Of a stretch of DNA of 64,000 nucleotides, positions 37,243 to 46,118 are shown piece after piece. How positions within the stretch are numbered: position 1 is the first letter of the stretch; the number at the start of each line of letters is the position of its first letter. The position numbers and the translations under genes were made by a program. Under the pieces are notes generated by a model that saw nothing but the letters and a program-made list of their open reading frames with translations, was not told the origin of the DNA and ran no database searches. The DNA comes from an uncultured archaeon (GTDB lineage: Archaea; Aenigmatarchaeota; Aenigmatarchaeia; CG10238-14): assembly GCA_964372465.1 (NCBI GenBank), contig CAYJRA010000002.1, forward strand, positions 16,024 through 80,023, read 5' to 3'.

Positions 37243-37802
37243 CCAAGAATCAGTTCTTCATCCACTCTTTTGTAAGAAACGATTTCCTCTTTTTTGAACC
37301 AAAAATTAATTTCCTTTTCAGCATCTTCTTTACTAGTTGAAGCGTGTACTAAATTTCTAGAAGCTCTCTTTTGGTCATTTGCATTCTCTAAGGAGTCAGC
37401 AGAATAATCACCCCTGATAGTTCCAGCATCTGCTATTCTTGGTTCCGTTGTACCCACTATTTTCCTAACTATCTCAATAGCATTTGATCCTTCTACAACA
37501 CTTAAAACAACAGGCCCCAATAAAAGAAAATCTACCAGCCAAGATTTTACCATTAAACCATATTCTTTGTAATCCATTTTGAATTCTCTGCCTTTGTCTC
37601 TATAGCTTCTTTCACCCTTCTTGCCAATGTTGATTAACCATTCTTTATCACTAGGATAAAAACTTTCGGCTTGCTTCTTTGTAGGATAAGCCATTTTCAA
37701 TGCAACTATCTTTAAGCCAGTTCTTTCAATTCTTTTGTATACTTCCCCAACGAGACCTCTTTTTACCCCGTCAGGCTTGACCATTAAGAATGTTCTTTCC
37801 AT
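37236..37802 (-). CDS. ndk: nucleoside diphosphate kinase with internal insertions
   Basis: MERTFLMVKPDGVKRGLVGEV, TIRGDY and NLVHAS (catalytic His). 188 aa versus the usual roughly 140-150, because of an insertion after FYPSD. Confidence 0.9.
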   Translation of the reverse strand: MERTFLMVKPDGVKRGLVGEVYKRIERTGLKIVALKMAYPTKKQAESFYPSDKEWLINIGKKGERSYRDKGREFKMDYKEYGLMVKSWLVDFLLLGPVVLSVVEGSNAIEIVRKIVGTTEPRIADAGTIRGDYSADSLENANDQKRASRNLVHASTSKEDAEKEINFWFKKEEIVSYKRVDEELILGK

Positions 37803-37848
37803 TTATTTTCACTTTTAGTTTTGATAGAAAATGTTAAATACTTTATGT

Positions 37849-37860
37849 AACTCTCACTTT
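37849..37860 (+). repeat. 12-mer boundary repeat copy 2 (AACTCTCACTTT)
   Basis: Exact copy. 47 nt upstream of the ndk start, 24 nt after the stop of the 97-aa membrane gene. Confidence 0.9.
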
Positions 37861-37884
37861 TGGAAAAAAAGATAGAAAACAGAT

Positions 37885-38178
37885 CTACCATTTTTTCTTT
37901 GATAAATAATAACTTGAAACGAGAGCCAAACCAATAAATAATATTATCAACCCCCCTATTATCCACACGCCCTGAATCACATTGAAATATTGGCCAACCA
38001 GGACAGCTAAACCAACGCCGACAAGAATCAAACCCATAGTTAGTCTATCAATTCCGTTACTTTTACCTTCTTTTTTGCCATTAGGTTTCTTGAATTTTTC
38101 TCTAATATAAGTAGTAAGTATACTTGAGACAGCAATTGCAACTACTGTTATTGTTAAAAAATCCCAACCGCTTACCAA
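37885..38178 (-). CDS. small membrane protein (3 TM)
   Basis: 97-aa ORF, TTG start behind GAGTGAT SD. Hydrophobic helices separated by a Lys-rich loop. Confidence 0.5.
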   Translation of the reverse strand: MVSGWDFLTITVVAIAVSSILTTYIREKFKKPNGKKEGKSNGIDRLTMGLILVGVGLAVLVGQYFNVIQGVWIIGGLIILFIGLALVSSYYLSKKKW

Positions 38179-38294
38179 GTTATCACTCGTTTTATTTATA
38201 GGTTAATAAATGATTTTTCTTATTTAAATTCTTTTTTGAAAAAAACAGCACGGAAATCAAAACAATGGATCATAGATATAATCGATCCACATAA

Positions 38295-38306
38295 AACTCT
38301 CACTTT
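38295..38306 (+). repeat. 12-mer boundary repeat copy 3 (AACTCTCACTTT)
   Basis: Exact copy in the divergent intergenic region, 59 nt upstream of the plus-strand gene at 38366. Confidence 0.9.
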
Positions 38307-38365
38307 TTTTACAAAATCTATACATAGTTATAAATTCATACACATCGAAATTTAGAAAAGATAAA

Positions 38366-38686
38366 ATGACTGAAGTTGTTTATGGCACTCTATTTCCTTC
38401 CGTTAGACCTAAATTGGAAGAAAGAGGATTTTCATTACAGGAAATAAATCAAGGAGATGTGATATGGGGTTTTGATGGAGTTACTAAATATTTCCCAGAA
38501 GATAATTATATCAGAGAATCTGTTAACGGATCACCGTCTTTAGCTTTAAAATTAAGGAAAACATCGACGGGGGTCACACTTATCATTAATTCTTTGCCGT
38601 TTCAATCAAAACACCATTTAGATAAGGCACCTTTAAAAGAAGATGATATTGTTCGCACGGTTGATGAATATATTAAAAAGATGTAA
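38366..38686 (+). CDS. hypothetical protein
   Basis: 106-aa ORF. No family recognised. Flanked on both sides by the 12-mer. Confidence 0.5.
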   Translation: MTEVVYGTLFPSVRPKLEERGFSLQEINQGDVIWGFDGVTKYFPEDNYIRESVNGSPSLALKLRKTSTGVTLIINSLPFQSKHHLDKAPLKEDDIVRTVDEYIKKM

Positions 38687-38697
38687 ACTCTCACTTT
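38686..38697 (+). repeat. 12-mer boundary repeat copy 4 (AACTCTCACTTT)
   Basis: Exact copy. Its first base is the last base of the TAA stop of 38366..38686. It lies 6 nt from the stop of the convergent gene. Confidence 0.9.
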
Positions 38698-38702
38698 GTT
38701 CG

Positions 38703-39092
38703 TCAATCTTTTTCATCTCTATAATAACTCTCTTCTTCTTCTAATTTGTTTGGAGCAAAAACCAATTGATCATCAGGTATTCCTAAACCACGACCGTATT
38801 CTATTATCTCACTCCAAGTAGATTTATCTGGAGTAACTCTAAACACTTTCTTTTTGAAAACAACTATCAGTTCCCCTTCTCTATAAAAATGTGCATAATA
38901 AGGTTTGTCTGATAACAGGTTTTTTTGGACATTTTTAATCACACCTTTAATTTTATTGGCTGAGACGACTATCCCATACATTATCCATGGGTTTCTGTTA
39001 CTTTTTCTTTTGGCAAAGACTTTGAATTTGTTCAAAAACTTTGGATCTTTAAACTCTACATCCAACAAATTCCCATGATATTCTTTTTTCAT
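38703..39092 (-). CDS. hypothetical protein
   Basis: 129-aa ORF with GGTGG SD-like element upstream. No family confidently recognised. Confidence 0.55.
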   Translation of the reverse strand: MKKEYHGNLLDVEFKDPKFLNKFKVFAKRKSNRNPWIMYGIVVSANKIKGVIKNVQKNLLSDKPYYAHFYREGELIVVFKKKVFRVTPDKSTWSEIIEYGRGLGIPDDQLVFAPNKLEEEESYYRDEKD

Positions 39093-39128
39093 ACAACCAC
39101 CATCCCGATTTCATCTTTAATCACACAC

Positions 39129-39140
39129 GATTCTCACTTT
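39129..39140 (+). repeat. 12-mer boundary repeat copy 5 (GATTCTCACTTT, 10/12)
   Basis: Degenerate copy. 37 nt upstream of the start at 39092, 9 nt after the stop at 39149. Confidence 0.75.
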
Positions 39141-39148
39141 TGGAGTTT

Positions 39149-39562
39149 TTAGGCAATAAACGATAATTTATCCCCAACATCCACCCAATTATACTTAGAT
39201 TCAACCAATTCAACCATATATCTATACTTTTCTTTGGGTATATAGAATCTAAAAGGCTTCATCTTTGTTTTCTCAACAACTCTCAATTTATCGTCTGCCA
39301 GTATGACAGTTATAGGAAAGCTCATGAACCAAGTATGTATTCCTTCCGGATAGTCTATCTCAAACACCATTGCATCTTTCTTGGTAAACCTTTGAGTTTT
39401 GAGCACATCATATATGTACTTATTCTCAGTCTTGTATGGTATTAATCCCGCCATCAGCTCGAAAATTGACCTTCTGAATATTATATTTTCAGCCAGAACT
39501 CTCTCTTTCGTTCTATTTATTATTTTCATTCTAATTATTTCTATCCTGAAAAATTTAACCAT
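39149..39562 (-). CDS. DUF192-like protein
   Basis: Pattern ...ELMAGLIPYK...DAMVFEIDYPEGIHTWFMSFPITVILADDKLRVV...YMVELVES...VGDKLSF resembles DUF192. Met12 (39529) is an alternative start. Confidence 0.55.
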   Translation of the reverse strand: MVKFFRIEIIRMKIINRTKERVLAENIIFRRSIFELMAGLIPYKTENKYIYDVLKTQRFTKKDAMVFEIDYPEGIHTWFMSFPITVILADDKLRVVEKTKMKPFRFYIPKEKYRYMVELVESKYNWVDVGDKLSFIA

Positions 39563-39616
39563 GTGCTTCTAAGCCAGCCAGTTTTTGGTTCAACTTCAAT
39601 GCCGTTTTTCAAAATC

Positions 39617-39628
39617 AACTCTCACTTT
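39617..39628 (+). repeat. 12-mer boundary repeat copy 6 (AACTCTCACTTT)
   Basis: Exact copy, 55 nt upstream of the start at 39562, at the edge of an AT-rich spacer. Confidence 0.9.
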
Positions 39629-39856
39629 TTGAAAGATTAAGTTATTATCTAAAATAACATATATATTACTTTTATTATTTATTTTATCTATTGTATTAAA
39701 TATATTTTAATTACAATATATTTCTACATTATTTAATTAAAGAATATATTTAATCATGTATTATATAGAATATTTATTTTGCTAAAAATGCCCATTTCTA
39801 TAGATCTTTTTTTATTCTGAGAGGCTGGTTATTTGGGAATAAAACCAATTAAAAAA

Positions 39857-40219
39857 TTATTGCTGTTTAGACCAGTTTTTCCAGTATTTTGAGAGCCTTT
39901 CCAAAGCCAATGAAAATTGATGAGATAGTGTTAATTCCGAATATTTGTCTTTCCTATCAATCAGACCGGCCTTCCTTAAAATATCAAATGCGTCATAAGC
40001 AGTACCCCTAGCTATTTTCCGTGTAGTTATTATTTCATTTAAAGTGCTAGGTTTTTCTTTTAATGATAGCAAAATCTTGTTTGCAGCTTCTCTTGTTTTT
40101 TCATGTTTAGGGAATAAGATTTCTAGGAATTCTTCCCATGTAAATTCATTAAAATCAATTTTGTTTATTACCCATGTTTTTATCTGCATTTCATTCACTT
40201 TCGGCTTATGCGTCATCAA
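39857..40219 (-). CDS. putative winged-helix DNA-binding protein
   Basis: 120 aa. STLNEIITTRKIARGTAYDAFDILRKAGLIDR looks like a wHTH recognition unit. The ATG at 40216 is the likely start. Confidence 0.5.
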   Translation of the reverse strand: MMTHKPKVNEMQIKTWVINKIDFNEFTWEEFLEILFPKHEKTREAANKILLSLKEKPSTLNEIITTRKIARGTAYDAFDILRKAGLIDRKDKYSELTLSHQFSLALERLSKYWKNWSKQQ

Positions 40220-40369
40220 CTAACGACACATTATAGAAAATAGTCATTTCGGAGAATTAAATATATCGCTACCCAGCGTCTGCTTATAAGCAGGAGCAAA
40301 TTGATCATGATAAACCGCGAAACACATAGAAATCAGCAAGAAATGGCAATTTTCGTCGTTATGTAGCGA

Positions 40370-40669
40370 CTATTTCTTTCTTTCAGCAACTTCTTTTACT
40401 CTGTTTAATTTCATCATTACTCCTTCAATGGAATGAGCTAAGTCCTGGCCGTCTTCTGTTAATTCTATTACCTTTATTCTGCCTTGTTTCTTGAAGGATA
40501 CCAATCCCAGATCTTCCAACTCTTCTAATAGTTTTACGACGTGAGAATATGTGCAGTCAACATCTTTAGAAATTTGTGTTGCATACTTCGGACCTCTTTT
40601 CAAGGAGGTAATTATATTTACCGGTTTTAGCCTCAAAAAAAGCTTTGATAGGTCATTTTCGTTTATCAT
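40370..40669 (-). CDS. ArsR-like winged-helix transcriptional regulator
   Basis: 99 aa. GPKYATQISKDVDCTYSHVVKLLEELEDLGLVSFKKQGRIKVIELTEDG is a typical wHTH. Confidence 0.7.
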   Translation of the reverse strand: MINENDLSKLFLRLKPVNIITSLKRGPKYATQISKDVDCTYSHVVKLLEELEDLGLVSFKKQGRIKVIELTEDGQDLAHSIEGVMMKLNRVKEVAERKK

Positions 40670-40969
40670 TATAACTCTATTATATATTAAGGGAAAACAT
40701 ACTTATATAGTTTAGTCGTTTAATTAAAAAATATATTTAATGATATAATAAAAATAATATAATAATTAAAAACAGTATATTTTACAATATAAATTAAAAT
40801 TAACTTAAATAAAATATATAATAGAAAATATATAATAAAGTAAAAGTATGACGACTTTCCTGCAAGTGTGAGTTGATAGATTTTTGGATAGAAATATTTA
40901 CTAATGAGTAGTATTAAAACCTGATCATGCAAAACTAAAATCTGTAAAAATACAAATATTTATTGAATC

Positions 40970-42490
40970 ATGAACCACAATCAACCGTTTTTCATAGTTT
41001 TCGTTGTTAGTGTCAGCCTGTTTAGTGTTTTATGCGAATCAAAAGTGATAGTTACAGAAATCATGTATGACCCGAGAGGCAATGATAATAATCATGAATG
41101 GGTTGAGATATACAATGACGGGGATGAAGAAATTGACATTGTGGGTGGAGATAACGAAGGAAGCTGGCGTTTCAATGACGGGAGCAACCATAAGCTGAAT
41201 GAAAGTGAGTTTCAAGGCTATATGAGCATTTCTCCAGGCGAATATCTAGTGCTTGTGGACGATCCTGCTACTTTCTTACAGGATTTTTCAGACTACGAAG
41301 GTACTATAATCGATACCGTTATGTCCCTGTCAAATAATGGAGACACAATTCAATTGAGTGATAATGAGGGGAAGAATTTCTTTGAGATAGTAACATACAC
41401 TCCAGAGATGGGCGGGAAAAATGATGGGGATTCTCTTCAGTTAGTTGACGGCAGATGGGTGGCATGCTTCCCTTCCCCAGGTTTTGAAAACGATTGTTTT
41501 TTTGAAAAAGATATAGAAACAACATCAACTACTGTAAAAGAATCAGTTGCAAGCACGTCAACAATACCCACCACAACGACAGTTTCAACACAGACTACAA
41601 CTTCCAATACGATATTCACAACCCCTGTTGATACCAACAAATGCGATATTGGGATATCTGTAGTTACTGAGAAAAATGTATTCGATTTATCGGAAAAAAT
41701 AAAATACAGAATCAAATTAGAAAGTTTGAATTGTAATAAAAAAGGCAACAAAGTTATAATAGAACATTGGATAGATAATTCAAACAGCAGCAAAGTAAAA
41801 AATAAGGACAATTCTACCATTGAGTTTGTTTGTCAATATTCCAAGACTTATCAATGGACGCCTAAGAAGACTGGTAATTTCACCATAAAATCAAAAATAA
41901 TAGATGTTTCATGCCAAGATTCCAACGGAAAAAATAATGAATACAGTAAGGAAATATCCGTTAAAAGCAACAAAGAAACCATTAAAGAACAAGATTCTAT
42001 CATAGAAATCAATGAAATTAAATCGAAAGATTCTGTAAAGTTTGGCGAATCATTTATATTGGATGTTGATATATTCAGGGGCAACACATCCGAGAATTCT
42101 ATTGATTTTTGGGTTGAGGATGAAGATGGCGAGAAGGTTAGTGATGTGTATTCTTTACGTGTTAATTCAAAAATGACAAAATATAAATTTTCAATCCCAC
42201 TTTATCTTCTACCTAATTGTGATGGGAAATACAAACATGGAAAATATAACATTGTAGGCGAGGGTTTGGGTTTGATAACTTCAAAGGAAATAGAGATAAA
42301 CGAAAACTCCGATGTTTCGTGCAAAAACATATTCAAAGAAACAGCCAAAGAACCTGTTAAACAAATACTGAAAACAGAAAACACAACTCAGAAACCAGTT
42401 GTGGAGCCAAAAATTACAGGTTATTTCACTAAAATAAAAATGGGAATAATTGATTTTTTTAAGAATATTTTTATATCAAGAAAGAATTAA
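40970..42490 (+). CDS. secreted lamin-tail-domain (LTD) protein with Thr-rich linker, beta-rich repeats and hydrophobic C-terminal tail
   Basis: Signal-like N-terminus. VTEIMYDPRGNDNNHEWVEIYNDGDEEIDI is typical LTD. TSTTVKESVASTSTIPTTTTVSTQTTTS linker. Tail MGIIDFFKNIF. Confidence 0.75.
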   Translation: MNHNQPFFIVFVVSVSLFSVLCESKVIVTEIMYDPRGNDNNHEWVEIYNDGDEEIDIVGGDNEGSWRFNDGSNHKLNESEFQGYMSISPGEYLVLVDDPATFLQDFSDYEGTIIDTVMSLSNNGDTIQLSDNEGKNFFEIVTYTPEMGGKNDGDSLQLVDGRWVACFPSPGFENDCFFEKDIETTSTTVKESVASTSTIPTTTTVSTQTTTSNTIFTTPVDTNKCDIGISVVTEKNVFDLSEKIKYRIKLESLNCNKKGNKVIIEHWIDNSNSSKVKNKDNSTIEFVCQYSKTYQWTPKKTGNFTIKSKIIDVSCQDSNGKNNEYSKEISVKSNKETIKEQDSIIEINEIKSKDSVKFGESFILDVDIFRGNTSENSIDFWVEDEDGEKVSDVYSLRVNSKMTKYKFSIPLYLLPNCDGKYKHGKYNIVGEGLGLITSKEIEINENSDVSCKNIFKETAKEPVKQILKTENTTQKPVVEPKITGYFTKIKMGIIDFFKNIFISRKN

Positions 42491-42550
42491 AACTCCAAGG
42501 GTTTGTCTGTCGAACTATGTTTTTATCTCTGTTTTTCCAATGATTTAGTT

Positions 42551-43924
42551 ATGAAAACGCTTATATCCACGAATCCAGCAAAAAATTATGAGATAGTGGG
42601 CGAAGTAAAAATATCAACTAATAAGGAAATCCGTGATAAAGTAACCAAAGCAAATTCTGCTAAATTTATATGGAAAGGACTCGGGGTGAAAAAAAGAATT
42701 GAGATGATAAAACCGATATGCGAGGAATTTGTGAAAAGGAAGAATGAAATCACAAGACTAATAATAAAGGAAACAGGCAAATCATTGAAAGACACTGAAG
42801 GAGAGATCGAGAAATATGGTAATGATTTCAAATGGTTTTTGGAAAATGGAGAAGAATGCTTGAAGGATGAAGTGACTTATGAAGATGATAAAAGTATTCA
42901 TAAAGTTGTCTATGAACCTTACGGCGTAACTGCGGTTATTACCCCATGGAATCATCCTTTCGGAATGTTTGTTTGGGGTGTTATTCCTAATTTGGTTGCT
43001 GGCAACACTGTTGTTTTCAAGACATCTGAGGAATGCCCTTTAACAGGTAAACTTATTGAGGAGATTATGATGTTAAAAGACTTGCCGGAAGGTGTTTTTT
43101 CTGAAATTTACGGTGCTGGAGACGTTGGGAAGAAATTGCTAAATGAAAAGATTGATTTCATCTGGTTTACAGGCAGTTCTAAAGTTGGAAAGGAAATTTA
43201 CAAAATCGGTGCTAAGAAATTCATCAAGGTTGTTTTGGAGATGGGGGGTTCGAATCCCGGAATAGTATTTGAGGATGCAGATGTTGATAGGTTCATTGAT
43301 AAGCTGTATATGAAGAGATTTAGAGTTTGCGGACAAACCTGCGATGCATTGAAAAGACTTATAATTCATGAATCCCTTTTCAGCCAAGTTGTAAATAAAC
43401 TGAAGGCAAAAATAGAGGAAAAAATAGTTGGAGATCCCGAAGACCCGAAAACAGATATAGGAAGCTTGGTTGCAAAGAGACAATTAGAATTATTAGAAGC
43501 TCAAGTAAACGATGCTGTCAAAAAAGGCGCTAAGGTTGTCATAGGAGGAAAACCCGCTGATATGAAAGGAGCATATTATATGCCTACTATTTTAGCTAAT
43601 ATAACAAAGGATATGAGAGTCTGGAATGAGGAGGTTTTTGGACCGGTTTTGACAGTAATCCCATTTAAGACTGACGAACACGCTACCAAACTCGCAAATC
43701 ATACTAGATATGGTTAAGGCTCATTGGTTTCTACAATGGATAAACAAAGAGCAAAAAGAGTTGCTTCGAGAATAGAATCTGGAACAGTGGAGATAAATTC
43801 TGCCATTCATTGGCTACCGTGCAATCCATTCGGTGGCTACAAAGAATCAGGTATGGGTAGAGAACACGGGAAATATGGATTTCATGAATTATGTCAAATA
43901 AAGCTTGTTTCGATGGAAAAGTGA
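42551..43924 (+). pseudogene. aldehyde dehydrogenase interrupted by one in-frame TAA (43715..43717)
   Basis: ALDH motifs VLEMGGSNP (Glu) and VCGQTCDALKRL (Cys). ...ANHTRYG*GSLVSTMD... continues in the same frame through EESGMGRE-like YKESGMGREHG. The stop sits where the family has Leu (TTA to TAA). Confidence 0.8.
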
Positions 43925-43979
43925 CAAGAAACTCTGAGTTGCTAAGCAGCATATCTGGATAAAGAATAAGTGTGTGATA

Positions 43980-44444
43980 TTAATCCCACCTGACAGGTGT
44001 ATAAGGATGGGGGTATAGTTCCTTTATTTTATGTTTTTCTATCTTAGGAAATATCCAATCTTTTTTTCGTTGAATATATTGCATGCATATAACTGTAGCG
44101 TCTGGCTTGCCCAATTCTCTTATAACATGCCTGCATGCACCACAAGGAGTAGTACTATGTTCCTGTATTTTTGGTACAGGATCTGCTACAATCACGATTT
44201 TCAACTTTGCTTTGTAGGTTTCTTGTAAGATCATATTAGCTATTGCGTGCCTTTCTGCACAGATATTACCATTCGAAAGGTTTGTTTCAAGGCAGGCACC
44301 ATCATATATTTTTCCACTATCTGACATAACAAAGGCATATAATGTATCAATCCCTCCTGTAGTCTTGCGTAGTTGATTATATTTTACTATTGCTTTTTTT
44401 GCATGATCAATTAGTTTTTTTTCATCTGAAGTAAAATCTACCAT
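43980..44444 (-). CDS. cdd: cytidine deaminase
   Basis: CAERHAI and PCGACRHVI zinc-binding motifs, 154 aa. Confidence 0.85.
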   Translation of the reverse strand: MVDFTSDEKKLIDHAKKAIVKYNQLRKTTGGIDTLYAFVMSDSGKIYDGACLETNLSNGNICAERHAIANMILQETYKAKLKIVIVADPVPKIQEHSTTPCGACRHVIRELGKPDATVICMQYIQRKKDWIFPKIEKHKIKELYPHPYTPVRWD

Positions 44445-44628
44445 AAATTAAATACAATTAAGAAAGTTTATTACTGTTTTTATTTGCGCATCCTAATTTT
44501 GGCGAAAGTGATACTGGGTAATACTATTAATAGCCGTTTTCTGAAATATGAAAAATTATGGAAACTCAAACTTTCATTAATTCAATTATGACAAGAACTA
44601 TTAAATTGATAATTCCTAAATTAAAGTT

Positions 44629-45537
44629 ATGATTTCAATAACGTTTTTGGGAACAGTATCTGGTATTCCTACCCTGAACAGGAACCATCCGGCCATTGTT
44701 ATGGAATATTATTCTTATTACAGAGATGTCTTTCTCTTTGACTGCGGTGAGGGAACACAGAAGCAGCTAATGAAGTCTGGAGTTAGCTTCATGCAGATAA
44801 AAAAGATATTCATAACACATTGGCATGCCGATCACTTCGCTGGGCTAATCCCGATGATACAAACGATGAATTTAGAGAGGAGAAAAGAGCCGCTGGAAAT
44901 ATATGCCCCGGAGGCAGAAAGATTTGTTTCCAACATTCTTGACTTGGGATATTTTGGAGTGCGATTCCCAATAAAAGCGATAAATGTGGAATTTGAAGGA
45001 AACAAGATTTCTAGAATAGTTGATAGTGAAGATTATGAAGTATTATCGGTTCCTGCTTATCATACCGTTCCAGCCGTAGCCTTTTGTTTTAAAGAGAAAG
45101 ATAAATGGAATATTGATGAAGAGAAGTTGAAAAAATATGGCATCAACAAAGGTCCTTGGTTAAAGAAGCTGAAGGGAGAAGGCAAGTTAGAATGGAAAGG
45201 AAAGACAGTGAAAATGGAGGATGTCGGATATGTTAAACCCGGACTTAAAGTCGTATATTCCGGCGATACCAAACCGCATAAAAATATAATGAACTTGTCT
45301 AAGGGCGCGGACGTGCTCATTCATGACGGCACATTTCTGGAAGAGGATATTGCTGAGAAATCGCATACTGATGTTAAGGCAGCAGCAGAGCTTGCAAAGA
45401 AAGCAAATGTCAAAAAATTGATATTGACACATATCAGCAGAAGATATACAGATACAAAAGAGTTGGAAGAAGAAGCAAAAAAATTATTTAAAGATACTCA
45501 AATAGCTTATGATTTTATGAAAGTTGACTTGAAATGA
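44629..45537 (+). CDS. rnz: ribonuclease Z (tRNA 3' endonuclease)
   Basis: ITFLGT start, HWHADHFAGL (HxHxDH) metallo-beta-lactamase motif, LILTHIS near the C-terminus. Confidence 0.9.
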   Translation: MISITFLGTVSGIPTLNRNHPAIVMEYYSYYRDVFLFDCGEGTQKQLMKSGVSFMQIKKIFITHWHADHFAGLIPMIQTMNLERRKEPLEIYAPEAERFVSNILDLGYFGVRFPIKAINVEFEGNKISRIVDSEDYEVLSVPAYHTVPAVAFCFKEKDKWNIDEEKLKKYGINKGPWLKKLKGEGKLEWKGKTVKMEDVGYVKPGLKVVYSGDTKPHKNIMNLSKGADVLIHDGTFLEEDIAEKSHTDVKAAAELAKKANVKKLILTHISRRYTDTKELEEEAKKLFKDTQIAYDFMKVDLK

Positions 45538-45606
45538 CTGAATTTTGATTTCTCTCACAGTGTGTTATGAAAGAAAAGGTTGAGCATAAACTGTACTAGA
45601 GTTCAA

Positions 45607-45996
45607 TCACTCTCCCGAAAAAAGCAGCATATAACCATCAGGATCGGCGATAATAAGCTCTACAGTTCCATAATCAGTTTCTCGTAATGAAGATATAATT
45701 TGAACTTGGTTGGTTAGTTTTGATGCCAGATTACGCACAGCATCACGCGAATTCAATCTAAAAACGAGTATTGTGGTTCCACCAATTATACGATTTGAAA
45801 TGCTCGGAATCTCCAATAACGTTTCCTTTTTCGTTTGCAACATTAATTTTATTGATCCGTTTTCTAATTCTGTCCAAACGGGATTTCCAATTTCTGGTAC
45901 TTGGGCAGTGATCTTGAAGTCAAGAAGATCTTTATAGAAATGAATTGAACGTTCCATATTCTCTACTATCAACTCTGGAACAACACTTTTAATCAT
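45607..45996 (-). CDS. glyoxalase/bleomycin-resistance (VOC) family protein
   Basis: 129 aa, beta-alpha-beta-beta-beta repeat pattern. SIHFYKDLLDF and ADPDGYMLLF. Confidence 0.7.
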   Translation of the reverse strand: MIKSVVPELIVENMERSIHFYKDLLDFKITAQVPEIGNPVWTELENGSIKLMLQTKKETLLEIPSISNRIIGGTTILVFRLNSRDAVRNLASKLTNQVQIISSLRETDYGTVELIIADPDGYMLLFSGE

Positions 45997-46118
45997 AACC
46001 CCCCCCGTAATTTTTCTTAATATATGATCGTTTAATGAAAGTACATAGGTTATACTTTATTATCAATAATACAAAAAATGAGATATATATTTATTGAAAG
46101 CTCTTATAGGGATTTAAA

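Noticed and set aside
37231-39628. Integron-like cassette array interpretation of the 12-mer repeats
   Set aside because: There is no tyrosine recombinase or integrase gene in the window. The repeat is only 12 nt, without the imperfect palindrome of attC sites. The cassettes are in mixed orientation and include housekeeping ndk. I kept it as an unexplained repeat rather than calling a mobile element.
40220-40369. Possible structured ncRNA between the two wHTH genes (7-bp distal inverted repeat TCGCTAC/GTAGCGA, 14-nt palindrome CTGCTTATAAGCAG)
   Set aside because: The pairings are short and isolated. No C/D-box or H/ACA-like motifs are in the right order. It is more simply the promoter or 5' UTR of 39857..40219.
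40720-40932. 70-aa ORF in the AT-rich spacer
   Set aside because: Its translation is almost entirely I/Y/F/L/K/N from near-pure A/T sequence. It has no SD. The region is better explained as non-coding spacer or promoter DNA.
43715-43717. Programmed recoding (Sec or Pyl) of the in-frame stop in the aldehyde dehydrogenase
   Set aside because: The codon is TAA, not TGA or TAG. It replaces a conserved Leu codon by one substitution. No SECIS- or PYLIS-like context is evident.
45549-45560. Extra partial matches to the 12-mer (TTCTCTCACAGT at 45549; ATGAGAGTTT on the opposite strand near 60183; TTTTCACTTTT at 37808)
   Set aside because: They match only 7-8 contiguous nucleotides, which is compatible with chance in AT-rich DNA. 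I did not count them as copies.
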